From Candidatus Zixiibacteriota bacterium (lineage in GTDB: Bacteria; Zixibacteria; MSB-5A5; UBA10806; 4484-95), in assembly GCA_037441845.1 (NCBI GenBank), contig JBBIRK010000006.1:64001-128000 (forward strand): 64,000 bases of DNA, read 5' to 3'. Position 1 is the stretch's first letter, and every line of letters begins with the position of its first letter. The notes below the pieces were generated by a model. It was not told where the DNA came from and ran no database searches. It saw nothing but the letters and a program-made list of their open reading frames with translations. Positions 1 through 8,207 of the stretch are shown here, piece by piece. Made by a program: the position numbers and the translations under genes.

Positions 1-163
1 TTTGGTTATCGATTCGAGAAGCGGCTACCGCAACGCCCGCCCGCTGACCGATTATTTCGAAAACATCTCCTCACCCGAGCTGATTACGATAGCACGCGCG
101 GGCAGGAAAATCACCGATTTTACGATTTATCGTTGTTATGGCTACAAAGGGGATCTTCGATGA
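1..163 (+). CDS. 3' end of a gene truncated by the window edge (possibly ArnT/PMT-like glycosyltransferase family 39 C-terminus)
   Basis: Frame 2 is open from base 2 (LVIDSRSGYRNARPLTDYFENISSPELITIARAGRKITDFTIYRCYGYKGDLR*). The TGA at 161-163 overlaps the purC ATG (ATGA). Product is guessed from the F-x-IY-x-C-x-GY tail only. Confidence 0.5.
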   Translation, partial: LVIDSRSGYRNARPLTDYFENISSPELITIARAGRKITDFTIYRCYGYKGDLR

Positions 164-1065
164 GTTTGATTAAAACCGGGATTCCGGTGATTCCTCTTCT
201 GAATCGCGGCAAGGTGAGGGATATTTATGATCTGGGCGAAAACCTGCTGATAGTGGCCACTGATCGGATCTCGGCTTTCGACTGGGTTTTGCCCACCCCG
301 ATACCCGGTAAAGGCAAAATTCTAACCTCCATGTCCGCCTTTTGGTTCGCAAAATACGAGAGCATGATTCCCAATCATTTGCTTACGACGCGCTTTGCCG
401 ATTTCCCCGAAAATCTCAAGCCGTATCGAGAGCAATTAGAGGGTCGCTCGATGTTGGTTCGCAAGGCGAAGCGGATCGATATCGAATGTGTCGCTCGGGG
501 TTATTTGGTCGGCTCGGGCTATAAAGACTATCTTGCCCTACGCCCGAACGCCGATGGGTTCTTGAATCTGCACGATAATCTTTTGCCGGCCGGCTTGAAA
601 TTAGCCGAACGATTGCCCGAACCGATTTTTACTCCTGCCACCAAAGAAGAATCGGGTCACGACCGGAATATCGGCTATTCCGAGATGGTCGGGATGGTCG
701 GCGAAGAGCTTGCCATTCGCATGAAAAAAATCACGCTCGATATCTTTTCGGCGGCAGCGAATTACGCCCTGGGCAAAGGAATCATAATCGCCGATACGAA
801 ATTCGAATTCGGCTTGCTGGGCGAAAAGCTGATATTGATCGATGAGATTTTATCGCCCGATTCCTCGCGTTTCTGGCCGTTGTCCTCGTATAAGGCAGGT
901 TCCAATCCTCCCAGTTACGACAAGCAGTTGGTAAGGGATTGGCTCGAACAAACCGGATGGGACAAACAGTCGCCGCCACCGGAACTGCCAGCCGAAATAG
1001 TGAATAAGACCGTCGAGATTTATCGGGAGGCTCATCGCCGATTGGTGGGGAGGGATATTGATTAA
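160..1065 (+). CDS. purC: phosphoribosylaminoimidazole-succinocarboxamide (SAICAR) synthase
   Basis: Motifs GKVRDIY, ATDRISAFD, ECVARGYLVGS, IFTPATK, ADTKFEFG, DEILSPDSSRFW, YDKQ. ATG at 160. Confidence 0.97.
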   Translation: MSLIKTGIPVIPLLNRGKVRDIYDLGENLLIVATDRISAFDWVLPTPIPGKGKILTSMSAFWFAKYESMIPNHLLTTRFADFPENLKPYREQLEGRSMLVRKAKRIDIECVARGYLVGSGYKDYLALRPNADGFLNLHDNLLPAGLKLAERLPEPIFTPATKEESGHDRNIGYSEMVGMVGEELAIRMKKITLDIFSAAANYALGKGIIIADTKFEFGLLGEKLILIDEILSPDSSRFWPLSSYKAGSNPPSYDKQLVRDWLEQTGWDKQSPPPELPAEIVNKTVEIYREAHRRLVGRDID

Positions 1066-2587
1066 ACGTGCCTTAATATCCACATACGACAAAAGCGGGC
1101 TGGAGAAACTAGCCGGTTTTCTTCAAGAGCGCGGGATAAAAATGATATCGTCGGGCGGTACCTACGATTTTTTAAGGCAGATCGGTATCACCGTCAGTAA
1201 AGTCAGCGAAATCACCGGATTCCCGGAAATCCTTGCCGGCCGAGTGAAAACGCTTCACCCCGCAATTCACGCCGGAATCCTTTGCCGGGCCGATCAGGAG
1301 GCCGAACTTATGGCCAACGGATTCGAAACTATCGATCTGGTCGTCGTCAATCTTTATCCATTCGAGGAGGTCGTATCGGCGGGAGTCAATCTCGACGAAG
1401 CGCTCGAAAATATCGATATCGGCGGACCGGCCATGCTGCGCGCAGCCGCCAAGAATTTTCCTCGAGTCACCGCCGTCTGTTCGCCCGATTATTACGACGA
1501 CCTTATGGACGAAATGAAAACTCATGGTGACGATACCAGTCTCGAATTCAGGCGGAAGATGGCCCGCCTGGTGTTCGCCGGAGTCAGCGCCTATGACAAT
1601 GCCATAGCTCAATACTTGATCGGCGGCGATTGGCTTTTCCCGGAACGGATAAGTATCACGCTGCAAAAGCAAGCAAATCTTCGCTACGGCGAAAACCCTC
1701 ATCAGCAAGCGGCCCTGTACGGCGAACCGGCTTTCGTTTCATCGTCATTGGTTAATTCGAGAATTTTATCGGGCAAGGAGCTTTCATTCAACAACATATG
1801 GGACCTCGAATCGGCTTTGCTCATGGCTTTGGATTTCGAACAGCCGTTTGCTGCGGTGATCAAACATACCAATCCCTGTGGCGCCGCCGTGGGCAAAACC
1901 TTGGCCGAGGCCTATGCCAAGGCTCTGGCCGGCGACCCGCTCTCGGCGTTCGGCTCGGTGATTTCGTTGAATCGAACCGTGGACATCGATACCGCCCGAC
2001 TATTGCATGAAACGGAATTCATTGAATGCGTGCTGGCGCCTGATTTTTCGCCGGAGGCACTCGAACTGATGAAAAAGAAGAAAAACAGGCGCTTGGTCGC
2101 CGTCGGGCAGTTGAAACCGCCGCCGGAAAGTCATTTCGAGCTGCGCATGCTTTTGGGGGGTGCGCTTGTGCAAACCCGAGACAATCGCGAAATCAAGGCC
2201 CAGGATCTTCGGCTGGTGACCTCGATCCAGCCGACCACCTCGGAAATCGAAGATCTGCTGTTCGGCTTCAAACTGGTCAAGCATGTCAAATCGAACGCCG
2301 TTCTCATTTGTCGCGATGGCGCCGCCGTCGGCATAGGACCCGGGCAGACAAGCCGGGTTGACGCCTCGCTTATTGCCGTGCGCAAGGCCGGTGAACGGGC
2401 CAAGGGGGCGGTGGCGGCCTCCGATGCTTTTTTCCCGATGCCTGATGGGCTGGAGGTTTTGGCGAATGCCGGGGTCCGGGCGGTAATTCAGCCCGGTGGA
2501 AGCAAAGGTGACCCGGAAGTTATCGCCGCGGCCGAAAGGTTTGGGGTTGCGATGGTTTTCAGCGGTATCAGACATTTCCGGCATTAG
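1058..2587 (+). CDS. purH: bifunctional AICAR formyltransferase/IMP cyclohydrolase
   Basis: RALISTYDK, GRVKTLHP, ENIDIGGP, LRYGENPHQ, KHTNPCG, KHVKSNA, ASDAFFP, terminal RHFRH. TTG start after a GGGAGGG SD. Confidence 0.98.
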   Translation: MIKRALISTYDKSGLEKLAGFLQERGIKMISSGGTYDFLRQIGITVSKVSEITGFPEILAGRVKTLHPAIHAGILCRADQEAELMANGFETIDLVVVNLYPFEEVVSAGVNLDEALENIDIGGPAMLRAAAKNFPRVTAVCSPDYYDDLMDEMKTHGDDTSLEFRRKMARLVFAGVSAYDNAIAQYLIGGDWLFPERISITLQKQANLRYGENPHQQAALYGEPAFVSSSLVNSRILSGKELSFNNIWDLESALLMALDFEQPFAAVIKHTNPCGAAVGKTLAEAYAKALAGDPLSAFGSVISLNRTVDIDTARLLHETEFIECVLAPDFSPEALELMKKKKNRRLVAVGQLKPPPESHFELRMLLGGALVQTRDNREIKAQDLRLVTSIQPTTSEIEDLLFGFKLVKHVKSNAVLICRDGAAVGIGPGQTSRVDASLIAVRKAGERAKGAVAASDAFFPMPDGLEVLANAGVRAVIQPGGSKGDPEVIAAAERFGVAMVFSGIRHFRH

Positions 2588-3165
2588 CGTCGCTTGCCCG
2601 TTGTGATAAAGCAGTGCCCGAACCCATTCTTTTATAGCCTAAAGAGCGCCAGTTATAGCAATCACCCGATGATCATGACTCCGGCCCTGGGGTTTTAGGC
2701 CACGATAAGTAATGAGAGGAATCATAGAACATTGGGTATAGAGGCTCCGGGAAAATCTGTGATTACGGCCAATATCTGATGTGATCGTCTATCGGTACCA
2801 AAATCATGCCGGTCGTGGAACAGCCTCGGGGCTGGAAACGCCAACTGTCCCATCTTATTTTAGAGTTGTCAGCCACTTGCGAGATCGGAGATTTAACCGC
2901 CTGTTTTGAACCTCCTCAATTTGCCTGACACATCAGTATGGCATCCTTGGTGAGGGATGGTCGATGAGGCCGATGATATTAATCATGCCTTCTTTATCGT
3001 AATGATTATTACGTGACCGGTATCGGCAATTTAATGAGCGGGACCGACTTCCCGACATGTTTCACGAAATAGCAGTTGACATGGACCCTATTTTATACTT
3101 TAATATATCCGCTATCGATGGCTGATTATTTTCGGCCATTTGCAGCGATATATCTAATTTTCGGC

Positions 3166-3195
3166 TTGACAAAAAAGCGGGTTAGGCTCTATTTT
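3166..3195 (+). promoter_or_regulatory. sigma70-like promoter of rex (TTGACA-N18-TATTTT)
   Basis: Perfect -35 hexamer at 3166-3171 and TATTTT at 3190-3195, just upstream of the Rex box. Confidence 0.6.
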
Positions 3196-3197
3196 TA

Positions 3198-3219
3198 ATT
3201 TGTGAAACAGTTCACAAAT
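3198..3219. promoter_or_regulatory. Rex operator (autoregulatory)
   Basis: ATTTGTGAA-ACAG-TTCACAAAT is a palindrome with perfect 9-bp arms matching the Rex consensus TTGTGAA-N4-TTCACAA, immediately upstream of rex. Confidence 0.9.
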
Positions 3220-3242
3220 AATTGCAGAAGCAGAGAATTCAA

Positions 3243-3881
3243 ATGGCTAAATTGACCAGAAAAATCTCCGAATCGACCATTCATCGCCTCTCCATCTATT
3301 ATCGCGCCCTGGTCGCTCTCGAACGGGACAACTACACCACGATTTCCTCGAAAGAGCTCGCCAAGCGCGAAAAACTTACTCCGGCCCAGGTCCGCAAAGA
3401 CCTCTCATTTTTCGGTAGTTTCGGCACCCGGGGCCTTGGGTATCCGGTGGTGGAACTGAAAAATAAAATCGCCGAAATACTCGGTTTGACCCGCCTCTGG
3501 AACGTCGCTTTAATAGGGGTGGGAAATATAGGCTCGGCGCTTGCGCAATACAAAGAATTCGCCAAACAAGGGTTCAATATCAAATTGGTGTTCGATAACG
3601 ATCAGCGCAAAATCGGTTCCAACCACAAAGGGATAATCGTCTCGGATATCAGGGAATTCAGGAAACTCGCCCAGACCGAACAAATTGATATCGTCATAAT
3701 CGCCGTTCCGGCACAGGCCGCCCAGGCGATCTGCGACGAAGTGGTCAGCGCCGGCATAAAGGCGATTCTCAATTTCGCACCGATAAACCTGAAAGTCCCG
3801 GACGACGTGATTCTTCGCAATCAAAACATGTGCATCGAACTCGAGCATCTCGCCTTCGCTCTGTCAAATCCGGGCAATTAA
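3243..3881 (+). CDS. rex: redox-sensing transcriptional repressor Rex
   Basis: TIHRLSIYYR, ISSKELA, QVRKDLSFFGSFGTRGLGY, Rossmann GVGNIG, ILNFAP. Confidence 0.97.
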   Translation: MAKLTRKISESTIHRLSIYYRALVALERDNYTTISSKELAKREKLTPAQVRKDLSFFGSFGTRGLGYPVVELKNKIAEILGLTRLWNVALIGVGNIGSALAQYKEFAKQGFNIKLVFDNDQRKIGSNHKGIIVSDIREFRKLAQTEQIDIVIIAVPAQAAQAICDEVVSAGIKAILNFAPINLKVPDDVILRNQNMCIELEHLAFALSNPGN

Positions 3882-4011
3882 GCGGATTGAGCTATCCCGA
3901 GACAATGATTTTAATAGAGTATCGCGATCAATTACTGATTGAAGGTATGGAATGGAGATTCCGGAGAACAAGAGGGTTTCGATATGGGGGCGGAAATAAT
4001 CGATATTTCGC

Positions 4012-4041
4012 TTGACATTATGGACCCCGTTAAGTTATTTT
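4012..4041 (+). promoter_or_regulatory. sigma70-like promoter (TTGACA-N18-TATTTT)
   Basis: TTGACA at 4012-4017 and TATTTT at 4036-4041, about 30 nt before the ATG at 4074. Confidence 0.55.
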
Positions 4042-4073
4042 AGTAAAGGAATGTGTAAATCGGTGGGCAAGGA

Positions 4074-4481
4074 ATGAATGTGAAGAATATTTCGGTTGCG
4101 TTTTTATTATTGACGATATTGGCCGCTGGAGCAGTCGCTCAGGAACTATTGGGCACGGCCTGCGAGCCATACGGCTCGGTCACGATGCGGGGTGAACCGG
4201 CGGCCGATAATCTGCCGGTTGTTGCTTATATCGATGGTGTTGAGATGGCCCGCGGAGCGACTTTGGGCGGTCAGTATCTTCTGCTGATACCCAAAGATAA
4301 TCCGGAGACGACCGAGAAAGACGGTTGGGCCGAGGGTGACGTCATCATCATAAAGGTCAACGGAAATCATGCCAATCCGGCGTTTGCCGCGGTAGCCGGC
4401 AGAATCCGGGTTGATCTTAGTATCAGCGCCCTTGATGTCAGATTGGATACCTGGGGCAAGATCAAGGCGCTATTCAAATAA
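4074..4481 (+). CDS. secreted beta-rich protein with C-terminal TWGKIKALFK motif
   Basis: N-terminal signal peptide (AVA-Q cleavage), beta-strand-rich domain with a DNPETTEKDG loop, ends in DTWGKIKALFK. Has its own promoter and terminator. Confidence 0.8.
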   Translation: MNVKNISVAFLLLTILAAGAVAQELLGTACEPYGSVTMRGEPAADNLPVVAYIDGVEMARGATLGGQYLLLIPKDNPETTEKDGWAEGDVIIIKVNGNHANPAFAAVAGRIRVDLSISALDVRLDTWGKIKALFK

Positions 4482-4519
4482 GTCTTTATATCCTAACTTA
4501 CCCGATATTTTCGAAAATT

Positions 4520-4555
4520 AAAAACCCGGTCGTTAGAGCGGCCGGGCTTGGTTTT
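4520..4555. terminator. intrinsic terminator-like hairpin
   Basis: AAAAA-CCCGGTCG-TTAGAG-CGGCCGGG-CTTGGTTTT. Confidence 0.55.
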
Positions 4556-4672
4556 ATCTTTGCCGTGATTATATAATTATGGCCTTGCATAGAAACCCCG
4601 GACAATGTAAACTTGTTGTGGAATTGATATCAATTACAGATTTTCGTCAACGCAAGGAAAGGGAGTTGGCAA

Positions 4673-5011
4673 ATGAAGTTATCTCATAGAGAAACAGAAG
4701 GCGTGATCGTCCTCGAGCCGAAGGGGAAAATCATGGGTGGACCCGATGCCACCATGCTGCATGATCTACTACATGAGTTTATCGATCAAAACAAGAAAAA
4801 AGTCGTAATAGATCTATCCAAAGTCGAATGGATGAATTCCACCGGGCTCGGTATCCTGATATCGGGCTTGACGACGCTTCGCAACAACGGCGGCGAATTG
4901 AAGCTGGCGGGAGTTACCGAAAAGATCGAATCGCTACTGACGATAACCAAACTCATCACCGTTTTCGATAATTACGATAGTGTCGACGAGGCCGTGAAAA
5001 GCTTCAAATAG
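4673..5011 (+). CDS. STAS-domain anti-sigma factor antagonist (RsbV/SpoIIAA-like)
   Basis: VVIDLSKVEWMNSTGLGILI with the phospho-acceptor Ser; GELKL; 112 aa. Confidence 0.93.
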   Translation: MKLSHRETEGVIVLEPKGKIMGGPDATMLHDLLHEFIDQNKKKVVIDLSKVEWMNSTGLGILISGLTTLRNNGGELKLAGVTEKIESLLTITKLITVFDNYDSVDEAVKSFK

Positions 5012-5114
5012 CGGCTCCTTTTGCGTCAATCCCGGCATGGAGGACGGCAAAAGTCCGCCCGCGACGCCGGCAAAAACAGCTCGCCGCAGGCGAAGCCTTT
5101 AATCTGGATAGCCT

Positions 5115-5540
5115 ATGGATAAACCGGAGACCTCGGGCAACATTATCAAAATTCCTTCGGAAACCAAATATATTGCCGATGTCGATGAGTTTATCGAAAG
5201 CAGGCTCAAAGACGCCGGTCTGAATAATTCGATCGTCGCGGATCTGGCGATATCCGTCACGGAAATCGTCAATAATGCGATAGTGCATGGCAATGGGGGA
5301 GATGCCGGTAAAATCGTCCAGGTTCAATTAAATATGACCGCCGACAAAGTGGAGATCAGGGTCAAAGACCAAGGACGTGGATTCGATCCCGATAAAATTC
5401 CCGATCCGCTTGCCGAGGCGAATCTGCTCAATGTCGTTGGGCGGGGGCTGTTCATCGTAAGATCATTAATGGATAGCGTGGAGTTCAATTTTAGCGATAA
5501 CGGAACCGAAATTGTTTTAATCAAATCGATCGATAAATAG
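5115..5540 (+). CDS. anti-sigma factor Ser/Thr kinase (RsbW/SpoIIAB-like)
   Basis: HATPase motifs EIVNNAIVHG, DQGRGFD, GRGLFIVRSLMD. Confidence 0.93.
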   Translation: MDKPETSGNIIKIPSETKYIADVDEFIESRLKDAGLNNSIVADLAISVTEIVNNAIVHGNGGDAGKIVQVQLNMTADKVEIRVKDQGRGFDPDKIPDPLAEANLLNVVGRGLFIVRSLMDSVEFNFSDNGTEIVLIKSIDK

Positions 5541-5561
5541 TCCCGCCTTGCCGGCAGTCGC

Positions 5562-7766
5562 ATGGGAATAGAATTCTTAATATCGCTGATTTATCTGGCC
5601 TCAGCCGGAGTTTTATTCCTGACTGCCGGTCTGATTCTCAAGGAAAACGTCAAATCTTTCAATAACCGGGTTGCCGCCGCCATGTTTTTTTCCGCCGGTG
5701 TGGCTCCTTGCAGCGTGGCCATCTATAAAACCTTTCTTATAGACAGTCAGGCATCGCCGTCTCTACTCAATCTTTTTTACGTTTGGGAGTTGTTTTTTCC
5801 GTTTTTGCTGTTGTTTTCCATGGTGTTTCCACACCCAGGCGCATTTTATAGACAACACAAACGACTTATCCAGTTCGCTTTCGTCCCCCACATATTTCAC
5901 GTTATTTTGGTTATATTTTTCAACGATCCCGACCGGTTGTTCGGGCTTTTCGATTTCGACACTTCGATTCCGCTGGTCGGCCAACTGCTCAGTTTCCTTG
6001 AGACCGTTCTCAAAATCCTGGCGGCGCTGATGGGCATCCTGTTGATTTTTCATGTCAAGTTCTTTTCGCTCATCAATCTGACTTATGTGGTCGCCGCAGT
6101 ATATTTTCTGAATCTCGGTTACAAGGCGATAGACAATCGAGCGCTGAAGATCCAGGTCAGGGTGGTAATTATCGGTATCGCCGCCGCCATGGGGCTTTAT
6201 GTGTTTTCGATCATAATCCCCGCGATTTTGTCGCTCCGTATGCCATCGGGATTGCGCGAAACGATGATTATACTGGCGTTGATCGTCGGACCCGGGTCGA
6301 TCGCCTGGGCCATAATCAGATACAGATTCATGGATATCGGGCTCTTGGCCCGGCAGAGCCTCGTTTACACCATCAGCACCGCTATCGTAGTCGGCGGCTA
6401 CCTATTGATTATCAGCGAACTTTCCTCGTTGTTCGCCGAGGCGTTCGGCGTGCAATCGCGGCTTTTGGATGTAATCGTGGTGGTGATCCTGCTGCTGTTT
6501 TTTCAGCCGCTTTATAACCAGGTCGATGATTTTATCCGCCGTATATTCATAAAAGGCCGAAGCGATTACCGCCGCCTCATGGAGGAATTCTCGAGGCAGC
6601 TCGTTACCATTTTCGATATAGAACAATTGGCCGCGGCGGTAAGAGAAAATATGAACAAAGAGATGTTTATCGAGCAGACACATATCGCCTTGAAAGCCGC
6701 CGGCGACCGCTTTTTCAGGTTCATAGGCGAGCCGGTGGAATATACACTCGAGGAAAAATTGGCGGCTTCATTGATTCAACGCCGGCGCCCAGTATTTATC
6801 GCCGATTTGCGCTCGGCGCTGGAAAAAGGCAAACTCGGAGGCCGCCTGCTCGAAAAAGATTGCCAGCTCCTCGTCCCCCTGATGGATCGCGACGAGCTGG
6901 TCGGAATCATGGCGCTCTCCGCGAAAATCGCCGGTTTTCGCTATACCTACGAGGATTTTTCGCTGTTGATGGTCGTCGCCAATCAGATCGTGGTGGCGCT
7001 TAACAACGCCAGACTTTACGCTGAATCATTGGAAAAGCAAAGGCTCGAAGAGGAACTCGAGATAGCCCGCAAGATCCAGATGAATCTTCTGCCGCGCCGA
7101 CTGCCCGAACATCATCGCTACGAATTCGCGGCATTCAATTATCCCTCTCGGCATGTCGGCGGCGATTACTATGATTTCATTCATCTGGGCGACGGCCGCC
7201 TGGGCGTAGTGATCGCCGATGTTTCCGGTAAAGGAGTCCCGGCCGCCTTGCTGATGGCCAGAGTGCAAGCGATAATTCAAGCCCAGAAGGGGCAGGGATT
7301 GCATCTTGAGAGCATGCTGACGCGGCTGAATGATTTTCTGGTCAGCTCCAGCTCCCCCGACAGATTCGTAACGATGTTCTACGGCGAACTGGACCTTGAA
7401 ACCGGCCTGTTTCAATTCTGCAACGCGGGCCATAATTATCCGTTCGTGATCAGCCGCGACGGTGAAATCAAATACCTGGTCGAAGGTGGGTTGATACTCG
7501 GCGCTTTTCCCAATCTGAACTATGTCTCCTCCAGGATAAAGATTTCCAGCAACGATGTAGTGGTTATGTATACCGATGGTCTTTCGGAGGCGATGAATTC
7601 CGCCGAGGAAGAGTTCGGCGAACGAAGATTGGTGGAGACGGTAATCCGCGTGCGGGGCGAATCGGCCCAGGTTATTTGCGGAACCTTGATTAAAAATATC
7701 AGGCAGTTTGCGGCCGGCGCCGAGGAAGCCGACGATATGACCCTGGTGGTATTAAAAGCGAAGTAG
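5562..7766 (+). CDS. membrane-bound GAF + PP2C (SpoIIE/RsbU-like) phosphatase
   Basis: Multi-TM N-terminus (about 300 aa), GAF-like segment, PP2C motifs VGGDYYD, IADVSGKG, NAGH, YTDG, DDMT. Confidence 0.92.
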   Translation: MGIEFLISLIYLASAGVLFLTAGLILKENVKSFNNRVAAAMFFSAGVAPCSVAIYKTFLIDSQASPSLLNLFYVWELFFPFLLLFSMVFPHPGAFYRQHKRLIQFAFVPHIFHVILVIFFNDPDRLFGLFDFDTSIPLVGQLLSFLETVLKILAALMGILLIFHVKFFSLINLTYVVAAVYFLNLGYKAIDNRALKIQVRVVIIGIAAAMGLYVFSIIIPAILSLRMPSGLRETMIILALIVGPGSIAWAIIRYRFMDIGLLARQSLVYTISTAIVVGGYLLIISELSSLFAEAFGVQSRLLDVIVVVILLLFFQPLYNQVDDFIRRIFIKGRSDYRRLMEEFSRQLVTIFDIEQLAAAVRENMNKEMFIEQTHIALKAAGDRFFRFIGEPVEYTLEEKLAASLIQRRRPVFIADLRSALEKGKLGGRLLEKDCQLLVPLMDRDELVGIMALSAKIAGFRYTYEDFSLLMVVANQIVVALNNARLYAESLEKQRLEEELEIARKIQMNLLPRRLPEHHRYEFAAFNYPSRHVGGDYYDFIHLGDGRLGVVIADVSGKGVPAALLMARVQAIIQAQKGQGLHLESMLTRLNDFLVSSSSPDRFVTMFYGELDLETGLFQFCNAGHNYPFVISRDGEIKYLVEGGLILGAFPNLNYVSSRIKISSNDVVVMYTDGLSEAMNSAEEEFGERRLVETVIRVRGESAQVICGTLIKNIRQFAAGAEEADDMTLVVLKAK

Positions 7767-7843
7767 GTCGATTCGAAAGCGCTTTCGATAAGGGGCATTT
7801 TCGAACGACCGAAATTATGTCAATCGTTTCACGAGGAGAACGC

Positions 7844-8188
7844 ATGAAATTGACACCGGAATCGATCAACAAATTGAATCCAGGCCAGCTGCAACTGCTC
7901 GATGAGCTCGGCGATCTTGCCAGAAAGGAAGCCGAACTCAATGCGATAATCGAAGCCAACCGACATCAAGCGGAAAAAGCGGGCATCGGCCGGGACCGGG
8001 AAAACCTGAAAAGCATTATCGACGATCCTGAATACGACAACCTGATTTCGGTCAAGGCGATCAAGGAGCGGGAGCAGGTGAAGGAAAAAATCAGAAGTGT
8101 AATGCAATCGCTTATTGAAGCCGGGTTGGGCGAGCTTGAAATATTAAAGCGGCAAGCACCGAATTACGGGCTGAAAATCGACCGGTGA
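7844..8188 (+). CDS. hypothetical helical protein
   Basis: ATG at 7844 preceded by a GAGGAG SD; charged helical composition; in operon context. Confidence 0.7.
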   Translation: MKLTPESINKLNPGQLQLLDELGDLARKEAELNAIIEANRHQAEKAGIGRDRENLKSIIDDPEYDNLISVKAIKEREQVKEKIRSVMQSLIEAGLGELEILKRQAPNYGLKIDR

Positions 8189-8207
8189 ATCCGGCGGCGA
8201 GACGATC

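Noticed and set aside
3076..3088. TTGACATGGACCC resembling TTGACATTATGGACCCC at 4012
   Set aside because: A short gapped match dominated by the -35 hexamer; compatible with chance.
5037..5102. 21-codon ORF / GC-rich stretch between the STAS and kinase genes
   Set aside because: No SD and no recognisable riboswitch consensus.
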